NCBI GenBank assembly: GCA_964016885.1
Contig: OZ024740.1
Coordinates: 170,934,001 to 170,998,000, forward strand
Source: Eledone cirrhosa
Taxonomy: Eukaryota
Length of the DNA: 64,000 nt
Direction: 5' to 3'
The position numbers and the translations under genes were made by a program. Shown piece by piece: positions 1-15,888 of this stretch (position 1 is its first letter; each line of letters begins with the position of its first letter). The notes beneath the pieces are model-generated. The model was not told where the DNA came from and did no database searches. It saw only the letters and a program-made list of their open reading frames with translations.

Positions 1-66
<66 letters not shown>

Positions 67-315
67 ATATATACGAAAATATCTGATGAAAATATACATT
101 GAAAATTAAAAAAAGTTTATTAATCACGCAGATATTATTATCTGAAAGATATATGATCGTTACACCTTGACATATATACACTCATATAAGAGATACCGAT
201 ATACATAAGTGTGTCTGTCTGTGAATATGTATTTATATCTCTGTATGAATATATACTTTTATATATATGTATATGTATGCATATATATATGCATATATAT
301 ATGTATATATATATG

Positions 316-496
<181 letters not shown>

Positions 497-869
497 GTAT
501 ATATATATATTTATATATATATATGTATATATATAAATAATCTTTAAGTAAAACAATATGATTTATTAAATCAGATTGTATACCGCCGAAATACTGGTGT
601 ATTACAGGTTTTTACGGTATCTTAAAAGATTATTTAATATATTATTTAATATATTATTTAATATATATTTAATATATATATACTATATATATATACTATA
701 CAATATATATATACTATATATATACTATATAATATATATATACTTTGTAGCACATATATAATGCGTAGTTACAAATTTCCAGTCTGCCTAACAGCTTAAT
801 ATATTCAACTGACGTAAGAAAGCTTTTGAACTAAAAGTCGTGTTTCCACACGTGTATATAACCTGTAGA

Positions 870-1180
870 TTCAGCATTGCCGTAGAAGATCCAGGTTTCA
901 ATCCCCCAGCGGGGCATATTCGGCAATTGTCTTCTTTCTTAGGCTCGGGTCAACATCAGCCATGTAAGTGAAAGTCTCTAGACGAAAACTGTCTGGACGC
1001 CCGTCAGATTGACTGCACCTGTAATTCAAAGGGTCAGCATTATCACATAATGTGTCACCCTGAATCTCCTAAGAATTATGTTCGGGAATGTTCAGGCATT
1101 TACACGTTAATATCAATAGAAAGCCTGCCATTGATCGAACAACTGAAATACGTATCGTCGAAACTGACGAATGTCCATTC
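870..1180 (+). mobile_element. tRNA-derived SINE (second family), degenerate
   Basis: ggcaattgtcttct...gacgaaaactg core and gtaattcaaagggtcagc tail, shared with 62535-62870; related fragments at 26750-26905 (-) and 60685-60770. Confidence 0.6.
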
Positions 1181-1288
1181 CTATAACAATCTGTAAGCCA
1201 AATCTGTAAGCCAAATATATGTATGTACTCTTTGGTTACCGTTGCAAGTTAGCGCCATGTTTCTGTTCCATAATATAATGTGTAATTG

Positions 1289-1345
<57 letters not shown>

Positions 1346-1875
1346 TGTGTAGGGTTGGTTTACTGAGATTACTATCTGTTGCTCCTCAGAGTTTCGTGGA
1401 TTGCCACTGATTTATGTGTATAAACTAATAAGTTTACGTAAAAATTGCGCAAGTTTCAAAGGCTGCCTCAAATCATATATTAACTAAAAAATAGATGAAT
1501 ACGTCGAATAAATTATCCCTGAGGACGGTAAATGTTAGTCTGAGACTCCTGAATGAATCAAACCACGCGTCTGCCGTATGCAGAATTGCTACAATAGACA
1601 CTATAATGTGTGTGTGTTTTGTGTTTGTGTGTGTGTAGGGCTATGTGTGAATTCACTGTGTTTAGTTTGGACATCTCGCCTCTCATGCGACGAAAGTTCC
1701 AGGTGATTCAATCGCAAAATAATTGACATGAAAGTGGTTGGGAATTCATTAAGCATGTGCAGGGGAAAAACAGGATGATAGATTACATAACAATGGCTGG
1801 CTTTACAGAAAAAACTTTTGCCAATGTGAAATAAAATATGACACTCAAGGACACAAAAAGCAGTAAGGAAATTAT

Positions 1876-1986
<111 letters not shown>

Positions 1987-2168
1987 AATATATAATCCTT
2001 ATCGAGCCCTCTTCAGATTTTAGTTTTCAGATTTATTATTACTACATATATGTATATATATATATAGAGAGAGAGAGGAAGAAGAAATAGGATAGATAGA
2101 TAGATAGACACATATATTCATAGATATATATTATATATATTTTTCTTTATATACATACACAATTACAC

Positions 2169-2227
<59 letters not shown>

Positions 2228-2574
2228 TATATATAAATATATTATATATATATATGCATATGTATATATATATATATACATGCATACATGTCCATAGACA
2301 TATGGACAATATGCATTCATAATTAATAATTATCTATAACATTAACCGTACACGTACGTATATATTACCACGTGCGTATATATATATATATATGCATTAA
2401 CGTATGCGTACTGTGTGTGTGTGTGTGTGTGTGCGTTTATGTGATTTACAGCAAAATGTTTCAATATATTAGTACAGAGATGTTTGCATAGAAATTACTA
2501 TGTGTGAAAATGTATATATTTATAAGAAATCATTACATGTGACATGTATTTTACTCAGATTTACGTTACTATAC

Positions 2575-3705
<1,131 letters not shown>

Positions 3706-3867
3706 ACATATTCAATCCAGTTAGCACTTCTCTAAATGTGATGGCATTGTCTTAATGAAAAATCATTGAGTAGGCCGAACCCTATATTGGACCAATGTAG
3801 ATAACTTTAGTTCACATATGTCTGTATTTCTCAAGTATTTCTATACGGATATAAGCATATATATATA

Positions 3868-3937
<70 letters not shown>

Positions 3938-4051
3938 GTAATATATGTAATATATATTATTAAATATTATGTAATATATGTAATATATATATATATATAT
4001 ATATAATGTAATATATACATTATGTAATATATATATATTATGTAATATATG

Positions 4052-4122
<71 letters not shown>

Positions 4123-4354
4123 GGTTGTCCCTAAAAAATATATACATACTTCGACAACATTCTAAAAAATATGTGTATACATTATTTTAAAACACCCTCT
4201 ATATATCTACACATGTGTGTGTGTGTGTTTATTAACAGGTATCCATGCATCTTCCTTTTTGTAATATATATTTGCGTATATGTGTAATTTCAATATATTC
4301 CTGATAATATACACACTTTTTATATAACATATAATATGATAATATACACATTTT

Positions 4355-5108
4355 TATGTAACATATATTCAAACTATAACATTTTGTTGGGTTAGACATT
4401 TTTCATTTTTAAACACACACAGACACACACACACATAAAAAACACATACACACACACACATAAAAAACACATACACACACACACATGCACACACACATAT
4501 ACACACATTTTTATATAACATTTATATATTCAAACTATAACATTTTGTTGGGTTAGACATTTTTCATTTTTAAACACACACAGACACACACACACATAAA
4601 AAACACATACACACACACACATACACACACACATATACACACATTTTTATATAACATTTATATATTCAAACTATAACATTTTGTTGGGTTAGACATTTTT
4701 CATTTTTAAACACACACAGACACACACACACATAAAAAACACATACACACACACACATACACACACACATATACACACATTTTTATATAACATTTATATA
4801 TTCAAACTATAACATTTTGTTGGGTTAGACATTTTTCATTTTTAAACACACACAGACACACACACACATAAAAAACACATACACACACACACATACACAC
4901 ACACATATACACACATTTTTATATAACATTTATATATTCAAACTATAACATTTTGTTGGGTTAGACATTTTTCATTTTTAAACACATATACACACACGCA
5001 CACATACACACACACACACATGCACACAAACACACATACACACATTTTTATATAACATTTATATATTCAAACTATAACATTTTGTTGTGTTAGACATTTT
5101 TCTTTTTT

Positions 5109-5155
<47 letters not shown>
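4355..5155. repeat. Minisatellite, 6 copies, ~136-bp unit
   Basis: ttcaaactataacattttgttgggttagacattttt recurs at 4368, 4529, 4665, 4801, 4937 and 5066. Confidence 0.92.
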
Positions 5156-5160
<5 letters not shown>

Positions 5161-5279
5161 CGCACACAGACACACATACAGACACACACACATATACTAG
5201 ATATAATTAATATATACTAATATTCTGTAATCACAAGCTTTTCGTTCTGCTTTCTTTCTATAACATTATTACATATCTA

Positions 5280-5380
5280 CGCCGAGGTTAACTTTGCCTT
5301 TCATCCTTACGGGGTCGATAAAATAAAGTACCAGTAATGCACTGGTTAATTGCTGGCCTTGTGCCAAAAGTAGAAACAAT
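5280..5380 (+). mobile_element. Nin-type SINE fragment
   Basis: actttgcctttcatccttacggggtcgataaaat. Confidence 0.75.
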
Positions 5381-5588
5381 TATTACATATCTACGGAACA
5401 CGTATTTTCTTCTAAATCTGGTTTATTTTATTTTATTTTACTTTTCAGTTCCACTAAGGAAGCAATTATATCTAACATTGTGTGACTATCTGCAATGTGT
5501 CTGAATGGATATATAGAAAAATGGATATCTGCCGAGATACCTACAGGCTTCCTACATATATTACATAATACATATATATATATATATA

Positions 5589-5645
5589 GGAAAACGTATG
5601 ACCCCGACGGCAGAGCTCAAGCCGTTTCGTCGGCTATTTCTGAAC
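5589..5645 (-). mobile_element. Mini-PLE family C fragment (3' half of hammerhead)
   Basis: Reverse complement of GAAACGGCttgagctctGCCGTCggggtc, flanked by (TA)n. Confidence 0.75.
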
Positions 5646-5666
5646 AAAAATATATATATATATATA

Positions 5667-5773
<107 letters not shown>

Positions 5774-5814
5774 GCATATATATATATGTATATATATATA
5801 TGTATATATATATA

Positions 5815-5888
<74 letters not shown>

Positions 5889-5890
<2 letters not shown>

Positions 5891-5993
5891 AACCAGTAAG
5901 ACCCCGACGGCTGAGCTCAAGCCGTTTCGACGGCTAATTCTGGACTTTGGTGCGTTATGGTCCACCTGGTTCCTTACCACATTTCCTTCGTTA
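5889..5993. mobile_element. Mini-PLE family C, inverted short arm + terminal segment
   Basis: Inverted hammerhead half joined to tggtgcgttatggtccacctggttccttaccac...cgtta, flanked by (TA)n. Confidence 0.78.
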
Positions 5994-6017
5994 TATATAT
6001 ATATATATATATATATA

Positions 6018-6094
<77 letters not shown>

Positions 6095-6170
6095 GTATAT
6101 ATATATGTGTGTGGGGAGGGGTGTATGTGTATGTGTGTGTGTGTCTGTGCCGTCTTCAATGAGGGGTAAT

Positions 6171-6312
6171 GTATGTAAGAGTATGTAAGGTACTCAATAC
6201 GTAGTAGAGTATATAATGTTTAATATTGAAATGGCTTCTACAGGACTAAAACTGTTTCATTTGTATATGTATATATACATATATATACAAATGAAACAGT
6301 TTTAGTCCTGTA
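6171..6312 (-). mobile_element. Mini-PLE related to 8915-9181, partial fold-back within the hammerhead
   Basis: aaggtactcaatac...ctacaggactaaaactgtttcatttg followed by its reverse complement caaatgaaacagttttagtcctgta. Confidence 0.7.
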
Positions 6313-6469
6313 TATGCATATACATATATATGCATATGCATATTACATATATATATATATGTGTATCTATGTTAAAAATATATATATTTGTATGTATATC
6401 TATCTATCTATCTATACCTCTCTCTCCCTCTCTATCTCTCTATCTCTCTCTCTCTATATATATATATAT

Positions 6470-6526
<57 letters not shown>

Positions 6527-6527
<1 letters not shown>

Positions 6528-7013
6528 TTCTTTATTAGCCACAAGGGCACAAAAGAAGGGGACAAATACAAATGGGGAGTTTACATGCAGGTATATGAAA
6601 ATAAAACTATTAATAAAATAACAAATAACGATTGAAATCCCTAATAGGGGGGAGGTGTTAAACAGGGGTTGTACACACCCCGAAAAAATGTACAACCCTC
6701 ATCTCCAGGAGCACCAAGAGTGAGTACTCCCTTCCTCTCTTCCTCTTTTTTCTCAACCTACAGGCTTATATAGAGAGATGGCCCAACCACTCGGGCCATC
6801 TTTGCCACATTCACCCACCTTTTATAAAACTTGTTGGGGTACAGCACCTCTCTCTCCATCCTGATTCTTCTTCCAAAATGATATTTGAAAAAACGAATCA
6901 GTTGCTCGCCGGAGAGAAAGGTGTCTGACCTCAGCCCTTTTAACCTCGTCCACCATATAACCTCTTTCACCATAGCTATAACACATAGGAAAACCGCCTC
7001 TCCCTCGTTTTTT
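6527..7013 (-). mobile_element. L1/Tx1-like non-LTR retrotransposon 3' fragment in (GATA)n
   Basis: Peptide KEVIWWTRLKGL...FYKRWV; 3' end gtggctaataaagaaa(TCTA)n. Confidence 0.8.
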
Positions 7014-7036
7014 ATAGATAGATAGATAGATAGATA

Positions 7037-7140
7037 TAACGAAGGAAGTGTGGTAAGGAACCAGATGGACCATAACGCACCAGTCCAGAAATAGCCGTCG
7101 AAACGGCTTGAGCTCTGCCGTCGGGGTCATACCTTTTCCT
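7037..7140. mobile_element. Mini-PLE family C (same structure as 5889-5993, opposite orientation)
   Basis: Reverse complement of the 5889 copy, including the same junction (ttctggact). Confidence 0.78.
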
Positions 7141-7481
7141 ATATATATATATATATATTGAATATGTCGATGAATAAATCGATTTATATTTATATATATA
7201 TATATAAATGTGTGTGTGCGGGTATAAATGTAGGTTTATACATATGTAGGTATGAGTGTATGCATGTATAGCTAAAACTGAGACTTGATGTCATAAGACA
7301 ACGACTACTACTCAATATTGAGAATTAATACATATACTTCTATAACTCATTATAATTTTCGGTTAGTTAGCTAATCAGTTCCTAAAGTTAAATGTGAAAT
7401 GAATCTGCAACAAAAAGCTTCTTTTTTTTTTGTCTTTTTGAATATATTATATTGTAAGATTATTTATATATATATAGATAT

Positions 7482-7556
<75 letters not shown>

Positions 7557-7565
7557 TAGATAGAT

Positions 7566-8343
7566 ATGTGTCTTTATTAGCCACAGGGGCACAAAAGAAG
7601 GGGACAATTACAAAGGGGGAAGTTTACATACAATAAAAACGTGTAAAATATTATCACAAATGCAAATTAAAAGTTAATCGATTTTCCCCAAATAGGGGGA
7701 GACAGTTCATATGGGTAGCAAATACCCCTGAAAAAAATGTGCAACCCTCATCTCCAGGAGTACGAAGAGTTTGTACCCCTTTCCTCTCTTCCTCTTTTTC
7801 CTCAACCTACAGGCTGATATAGAGAGAAGACCCATTCACTCGGGCCATATATATAGATAGATAGATATGTTACTTTATTAGCCATAAGGGCACAAAAGAA
7901 GGGGACAAATACAAAGGGGGAAGTTTATATACAATAAAAACGTGTAAAATATTATCACAAATGCAAATTAAAGTTAATCGATTTTCCTCAGTAGGGGGAG
8001 ACAGTTCATATGGGTAGCACATACCTCCGAAAAAATGTGCAGCCCTCATCTCCAGGAGTACGAAGAGTTTGTACTCCTTTCCTCACCTCTTCCTTTTCCT
8101 CAACCTACAGGCTGATATAGAGAGAAGGCCCATTCACTCGGGCCATTCTCGCCATTTTTACCCACCTTTCATAAAACTTGCTGGGGTACAGTACCTCTCT
8201 CTCCATCCTGATTCTATATATAGATAGATATGTTTCTTTATTAGCCACAGTGGCACAAAAGAAGGGGACAAATACAAAAGGGGAAGTTTACATACAATAA
8301 AATCGTGTAAAATATTATCACAAATGCAATTTAAAAAATTAGT
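7566..8343 (-). mobile_element. Three stacked 3' fragments of the same L1/Tx1-like family (7566-7848, 7866-8215, 8231-8343)
   Basis: Each begins tttattagccaca..ggcacaaaagaaggggaca, with a different 5' truncation; short (GATA)n separates them. Confidence 0.82.
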
Positions 8344-8464
8344 CAGATAGATAGTTAGATAGATATAGATGAATGCATGAAAGGGTGGATAGTTTTACAT
8401 ATGTATGTATTGCATGTATGTATGAATGGATGTATGTATATATGTATGTATATATGTATATATG

Positions 8465-8498
<34 letters not shown>

Positions 8499-8789
8499 TG
8501 TATGTATGTATCTATATATCTAGGTATCTATGGATCAATGAATGTATGTATGTATGTATGCATGTATGTATGTATGTATGTATGTATGTATGTATGTATG
8601 TATGCATGTATGTATGTATGTATGTATGAATGAAAGTATGTATGTATGTATGTATGTATGAATGTATGTATGTATATATTTATCTATGTATGAATGTATG
8701 TATGTAAGAATGTATGTATGTATGTATGAATGTATGATATATCTTTGCAGATACACACACACAGACACACACACACAACACACACTCAC

Positions 8790-9375
<586 letters not shown>

Positions 9376-9748
9376 TATATACATATATATATATATAAAT
9401 ATATCTGCAGAGTTATATCATACATTCATACATACGTACATACATACATACATACATACATACATACATACATGCATACATACATACATGCATACATACG
9501 TACATACATACATACGTACATACATACATACATACATACATGCATACATACATACATACATACATACATACATACATACATACATACATACATACATACG
9601 TACGTACGTACATACATACATACATACATACATACATACATACATACATTCATACATACATACATACATACATACATACGTACGTACGTACGTACATACA
9701 TACATACATACATACATACATACATACATACATACATACATACATACA

Positions 9749-10364
9749 TGGTGGCTGCCAACTCGTTTTCGAGTACGGCCACTACTTTATATCCATGTAG
9801 GAGAACCCCTACCGATGCGCTGAACGAGTGTGACTTTTCAGTCCAGCCACCGACTTGAAAACTCTGGTACAAACACTACACCTGTGACAATTATTGACAC
9901 ATAGTGCTTGGCCCATGGTACCATGTGACGACAAGTGCAGAGAGATCAGAGATCTCCAGATATAAAGCAATGCCTGTGCCGTGAAGCTTTTATAGTGAGC
10001 AAAGGCACTGCACAAAGCCAGTCCCACTCTCTTAACCAAGATGATATTTACCAAAAAGAAGAACAAGTCAACATCATTGGATACCATCAGGGTTGCAGGT
10101 GTTATATCAGAGTTTTCCTTCTCCTAGAATTCTGCCTTGACAAAGGCTAAGGGGGTCATCTCTCCCAGTGATTTTGGATGGCCATTGACTTTTAAGAGCT
10201 CCTTTGCCCTTTGACAGGTTTTGTTTTTAGTCCTGCAGGATGTCCAAAGTCACCCTCCTCACCAAGAAACCTTGGTGGGGTTGCCAGTTTAGTCGCCAAC
10301 GACCCGACCATGGGACAGGTTGTACTGGGATACATGTTACCAGTAGCACCAACTGGTGACCTGA
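9749..10364 (-). mobile_element. Non-autonomous RTE-derived element (~615 bp) with (ATGT)n tail
   Basis: RTE-type 5' motif gagaaggaaaactctgat; terminal C2H2 finger remnant [22 protein letters not shown]; second copy at 22567. Confidence 0.72.
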
Positions 10365-10544
10365 CACATACATACATACGTACATACATACATACATACA
10401 CACATACGTACATACATACATACATACATACATACATACATACATACATACATACATACATACGTATGTACAATCATCCATCCGTCTATCCATACATTGA
10501 AAATACCTTCGTTAATTACGTATGAGTCTGGGTGTGACAAATAT

Positions 10545-10666
<122 letters not shown>

Positions 10667-10814
10667 CATGTATCTATGTATGTATATATATATATGTGTG
10701 TGTGTATATATATTAATATGTGTATATATTTATACATACATATATATATGTATATATATATATATATAAATATATATATAGTTATACATAATACATATAT
10801 ATATATATATAATG

Positions 10815-10956
10815 TGTTCTCAGAATTAGCCGTCGAAACGGCTTGAGCTCAGCCGTCGGGGTCCTACTCGTTCCTATTACCCACTCTACTACCCTAAGTA
10901 TTGAGTACTTTGGTGCGTTATGGTCCACCTGGTTCCTTACCACGTTTCCTTCGTTA
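10815..10956 (+). mobile_element. Mini-PLE family C, single arm
   Basis: tagccgtcGAAACGGC...GCCGTCggggtc...actctactaccctaagtattgagtac...cgtta(TA)n. Confidence 0.8.
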
Positions 10957-11452
10957 TATATATATATATATATATATACATATATATATACACTTTACTT
11001 CATATTAATGGAACCCTATATTCTCTGCAGCTGAACTATACTATGTAAGTGTCCTCTTTATAAAAGTTAAAGACTCTAGTCGGGATAACTGAGTGTAAAA
11101 GAAGGACAATTGCTCGTCACTGAGATTCAAGCAACCTTCCCATACTTTGATCGGAGTTGTCAAACATGGACCTTTGTATCTTTACAAACTTCATATTATA
11201 TTCTAAACTTCATATTATATTGTAAAAACTAATAAATTCAACTATATTCATATATATGTATATTTCAAAAAAAAGGGAAAGAATGACTTCACTTATAGTG
11301 TTAAATAATTTGATTTATAATATCATAATATTATGATTTGGTAGATAATATTATAAAATTAAATCAAATTATTTAACGCTACAAGTGAACTCATTCTTTT
11401 CCTTTTTTTTCAAATATAGCTAACTGTACCAACGATCTCACACATTTTCCAA

Positions 11453-11635
11453 TATAGAGCAAACATCATGGACGCTCTATCTCAAAATTATTTTCGAAAA
11501 GCATTAGAAATGCGCAACCGGTAGAACTTAAAACCAAAACTTAATACTAACCAATACTATTACTAATTCTCACTTATTCCTAATTTAAACTATTTTTCAA
11601 TGTGAACAACTTGTCAGCATTTTCTTTTCCGTTTA

Positions 11636-11640
<5 letters not shown>
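11453..11640 (+). mobile_element. Diverged solo pLTR fragment of the same PLE family as 55654-60392
   Basis: Aligns by eye to 60195-60390 (agagcaaaca...ctctatctcaaaattatttt...gcgcaaccggta...ttccgtttaccaat) and ends in (TA)n at the same position. Confidence 0.85.
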
Positions 11641-11680
<40 letters not shown>

Positions 11681-11695
11681 ATATATATATATATG

Positions 11696-11752
<57 letters not shown>

Positions 11753-11770
11753 ATCCATTACCATTATAAG

Positions 11771-11855
11771 GGTCTGACAAGCCGCGGGTTACAGAGTCGG
11801 GCTAGATCGATACAGATCGAACATTGAGCTGATCAGTGGCGAAACGCGCGTCACC
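11771..11855 (+). ncRNA. Hammerhead-like motif with extended stem II in a PLE terminus (C3/A8 mismatch, probably inactive)
   Basis: ggu-CUGACAA-gccgc...guggc-GAAAC-GCGC-GUC-acc, followed by AATAAA. The segment 11755-11908 sits between (TA)n tracts. Confidence 0.6.
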
Positions 11856-11913
11856 AACCAATAAACGTAATGAAGGAGAACCAATTGTCCTTGTTTTATT
11901 TTATTTTACTATA

Positions 11914-12029
<116 letters not shown>

Positions 12030-12035
12030 ATATAC

Positions 12036-12189
<154 letters not shown>

Positions 12190-12196
12190 TATGTAT

Positions 12197-12360
12197 GTAA
12201 AAGGTGAACAGAAATAACAACACAACCGGTACAGTATATGGAAGGGATATATTAGTTTAACGCTTGATATAGCGGGAAGAGGGTGTTAACGTTTCGGACG
12301 CTAGTCTAGCGTGTCGGGACCTGACGTCAGAGCTCTTGCCATTTCAACAGTTAGTCCAAA
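12197..12360 (-). mobile_element. PLE terminus family H, folding back in hammerhead stem II
   Basis: Matches 28958-29066, then gacgctagtctagcgt. Confidence 0.65.
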
Positions 12361-12402
12361 TATATATATAGTTAAATAGACAGATACAAATATATTTATG
12401 TA

Positions 12403-12470
<68 letters not shown>

Positions 12471-12742
12471 TATACATATATATATATACACATCTAAATG
12501 TATGTAATATATATATCTATATATGCATATATGTATATATATATGTATGTATGTATATATATTCATATATATATATATTTATGTATACATATATATGTAA
12601 ATGTATATGATTTATATATGATATATATATATATACATATATACATAGATATATATGATATATATATATATATACATAGATATATATATATACATAGACA
12701 TATATACATAGATATATACACACATATATATATATATTATAT

Positions 12743-12785
<43 letters not shown>

Positions 12786-12844
12786 GATACATACATAATA
12801 TATATATATATACATGCATATACATATATATATATATATGTCTC

Positions 12845-12905
<61 letters not shown>

Positions 12906-12918
12906 AATATACATGTAG

Positions 12919-13007
<89 letters not shown>

Positions 13008-13430
13008 TGTGTGTGTGCGTTTGTGTGTGTGTGTGCTCAGACACACACACACACACGGCGTGTCTACATATGGTATATTTGTTTTGTTGCATTTTTAATC
13101 TCGAAGCGCCATAACCATAAAACAGACGATGAGAACACGAATATAAAAAGCACAAGCTAAAACAAAAAGAACACACATAAAAACACCACAGAAATAACAC
13201 CAGAGAAATTGTAAACGAAATAATTAGTATGTCCGTCGTAACATATCGAATTATTATGAGTTACAGCCCAGTTTGAATACATTGTCCAATCGGACTGGTT
13301 TACAAATCAGACGATATATCAATCCTTCCTCGTGATATCAACTAGAAGCTAAAATAAATTATGAAAACTACCGTTTCTCTTGTTACTTGCCGGTCGATTA
13401 TAATGCATATATTTCTAGCTACACACAGAG

Positions 13431-13480
<50 letters not shown>

Positions 13481-13680
13481 CACACACACACACATATTCA
13501 CACACACACACGCACAGATACACATACATATACACACACACACATAGAAACACACATACATACACACACACATATACACACACACAGGCCCACACGTACG
13601 CATATACACAGACAGACACACACACACACACACACACATACACGCAAACAGATGTATACATACATACAGATATATATGTA

Positions 13681-13753
<73 letters not shown>

Positions 13754-14055
13754 ATATATATACTATGTATATCTATGTATATCTATGTATACATATATAT
13801 ATATATACTATGCATATCTATGTATACATATATATATTTATATGTGTCTGTATCTGTGTGTGTTTTTGTGTGTGTACATTAAATATATAACGTGCGTGAT
13901 GTGTGTGTGTTGTGATTTTTTTCACATTATATTACATATGTGTGTATGTATGAAGGGGGGGGGGGGATTCTTCCTTGTCTGTCAACGATGTATTTGTAAA
14001 GGAAAAAGCTTAGACGTGCGTTTGAACTTCCACTCGCGCGCATATATGTGAGATT

Positions 14056-14138
<83 letters not shown>

Positions 14139-14243
14139 AATGAAAAGTATAGAAATTGTTGTAGCGAGAAGCTAACAGTATTCCATAACATATATATATA
14201 TATATACTTCAGTGATTATAAGTTCATACACCCGAACACACGT

Positions 14244-14297
<54 letters not shown>

Positions 14298-14332
14298 GTG
14301 TGTATATATATATATGTGTGTGTCTGTGTGTG

Positions 14333-14363
<31 letters not shown>

Positions 14364-14410
14364 ATATATACATATATATATGTGTGTGTGTGTGTGTGTG
14401 TATATATATA

Positions 14411-14550
14411 GGAAAATGATATGACCCCGACGACAGAGCTCAAGCCATTTCGACGGGGTCATATCATTTTCCTATTACCCACTCTACTACCCTAAGTATT
14501 GAGTACTCTGGTGCGTTATGGACCATCTGGTTCCTTACCACAATTCCTTA
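14411..14550. mobile_element. Mini-PLE family C, fold-back
   Basis: ggaaaatgatatgaccccg / cggggtcatatcattttcc inverted pair plus the family terminus. Confidence 0.78.
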
Positions 14551-14743
14551 TCACAATTTCTGTGTGTGTCTGTGTATGTGTTTAGATTTACGTTTTCTTT
14601 CATCTTCAGTGCAGGATGGAGGGAGGGGGGCACCGTTTCAGCTGTTCCGTTTAGCTTTGTTTATTTTCTTGTTGTTTTTTTCAGGAAAACGTGTCTATGT
14701 ACGTACATGTGTATATATGTATATACATACATACATACATACA

Positions 14744-14775
<32 letters not shown>

Positions 14776-14789
14776 AACATGTAAGTGTG

Positions 14790-14836
<47 letters not shown>

Positions 14837-14840
14837 GGGT

Positions 14841-14871
<31 letters not shown>

Positions 14872-15128
14872 CACACACACGCACAAATAAGCATATATTA
14901 AATAGGTATATATGTATGAAGTGTGTGTGTGTGAGTGTGTGTGTATGTAAGCATATGCTTGCATGTGTGCATTTGTGTATGTAAGTATGAATGTGTGCAC
15001 ATGTATGTATTAGAAAGAAGGATATATATACATATATACACATATATATATATATACATATATATATATCATATATATATATATATATACATATCATATA
15101 TGTATATATACATATATAAATCTGTGCG

Positions 15129-15192
<64 letters not shown>

Positions 15193-15888
15193 TAAATATA
15201 TATATATACACTTACATGTATATAATACATGTATATAAGTATGGATGCAGGGGAACGGGTAAATGGATATATGTATGTATATGCGTATGGACATATCTAT
15301 AGATGAATGTATGTATGTAAATATATATATACATGTATGTGTGTGTGTATGTGTGTGTGTGTGTGTATATACATGCATGTATATAAATATGTATGTAAGT
15401 ATGTATGTATATATGAATTTATGTATGTATGTATGTATGTATGTATGTATGTATGTATGTATGCCAGAATTTACGTGTATATAATTATATATGAAAATAG
15501 ATGTATACGTATGAAGTTATACAAATATGAATTGATGTATAGATGAAATGATGGACATATGTTTATATTTGTGTGCATGTATGTATATATGTATGTGGTG
15601 TATGTGTATGTATATATTTATTTATGCAAGTATGTATGTATGTATATATACACCGATGTATGTATGACTGTATGACTGTATGACTGTATGTATGTATGGA
15701 TGTATGGATGCATGTATGTATGTATATATGTATTGTATGTATATATATATGTATATATATTGTCTATGTATATATATATGACTGCATGTATGTATGGATG
15801 TATGGATATATGTATGTATTTATGTATGCATGTGTGTATGTATGTATGCATATATGTATTTATGTATTTATGTATTTATGTATGTATG

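Noticed and set aside
4355-5155. CRISPR-like repeat-spacer appearance
   Set aside because: The spacers are near-identical CA repeats, the context is eukaryotic, and there are no cas genes.
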